A stretch of 64,000 bases of DNA from Candidatus Saccharibacteria bacterium UBA3304. GTDB taxonomy: Bacteria > Patescibacteriota > Saccharimonadia > Saccharimonadales > Saccharimonadaceae. The stretch covers positions 376-64,375 of the forward strand of contig DESW01000014.1 in the NCBI GenBank assembly GCA_002361425.1, written 5' to 3'. Shown in pieces: positions 63,928-64,000 of this stretch (position 1 is its first letter; each line of letters begins with the position of its first letter). The notes below the pieces were generated by a model. That model was not told the DNA's origin, searched no databases, and saw nothing but the letters and a program-made list of their open reading frames with translations. Both the position numbers and the translations under genes were made by a program.

Positions 63928-64000
63928 GTGGCAAGCAATCGACATCTCGGCAGAATTATCTCGCTCCAGAGTCTTTATGAGTATGAATTCAGGAGCAAGG
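63928..64000 (+). CDS. nusB: transcription antitermination factor NusB, N-terminal fragment (runs off window)
   Basis: GTG start after a GGGAGG SD. VASNRHLGRIISLQSLYEYEF fits the NusB N-terminus (R..AR..alQ.LY). Confidence 0.6.
   Translation, partial: MASNRHLGRIISLQSLYEYEFRSK

Overview
The window is a densely packed core-chromosome segment of about 46% GC. It holds about 67 protein genes and 3 tRNAs, with no transposase, integrase, phage gene or CRISPR array. Gene content points to a reduced-genome, monoderm-type bacterium, compatible with a Patescibacteria/Saccharibacteria-like organism; this is inference only. The supporting genes are sortase B, PBP1A, L-lactate dehydrogenase, a compact ProRS, DprA and a desulfoferrodoxin. 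Recognisable genes include ctp-like S41 protease, tatD, a cysteine desulfurase, a MoxR-DUF58-vWA-vWA-TPR (Bat-like) operon, mnmA, obg, tsaC, gpmI, galU and rarA. Also present are a tandem Nudix protein, a dfx / CxxC-membrane / DsbA-like / SPFH operon, zur-znuACB, htpX, ligA, clpC, clpP, radA, rpsO and pnp. The remainder are ftsK, proS, greA, an ABC exporter, lysS, dprA, ldh, a PIN/TRAM protein, PBP1A, leuS, srtB, rpmF and the start of nusB. I could not identify a clear multi-gene novel system. The most interesting signals are mostly non-coding: (1) a three-copy family of about 105-135 nt GC-rich nested-hairpin elements with a conserved AACG-loop hairpin and compensatory stem changes; (2) perfect CIRCE (HrcA-type) operators over the promoters of clpC and clpP rather than chaperone genes; (3) a pervasive leaderless promoter layout (TGnTAWAAT 6-9 nt from the ATG), which corrects several ORF-track starts; (4) tRNA-Gly and tRNA-Cys with paired changes in the universally conserved D-loop/T-loop elbow contacts; (5) two or three stand-alone promoter-plus-terminator units that look like small RNA genes; (6) dprA interrupted by an in-frame TGA. 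All functional calls are from motif recognition by eye; no database search was run.
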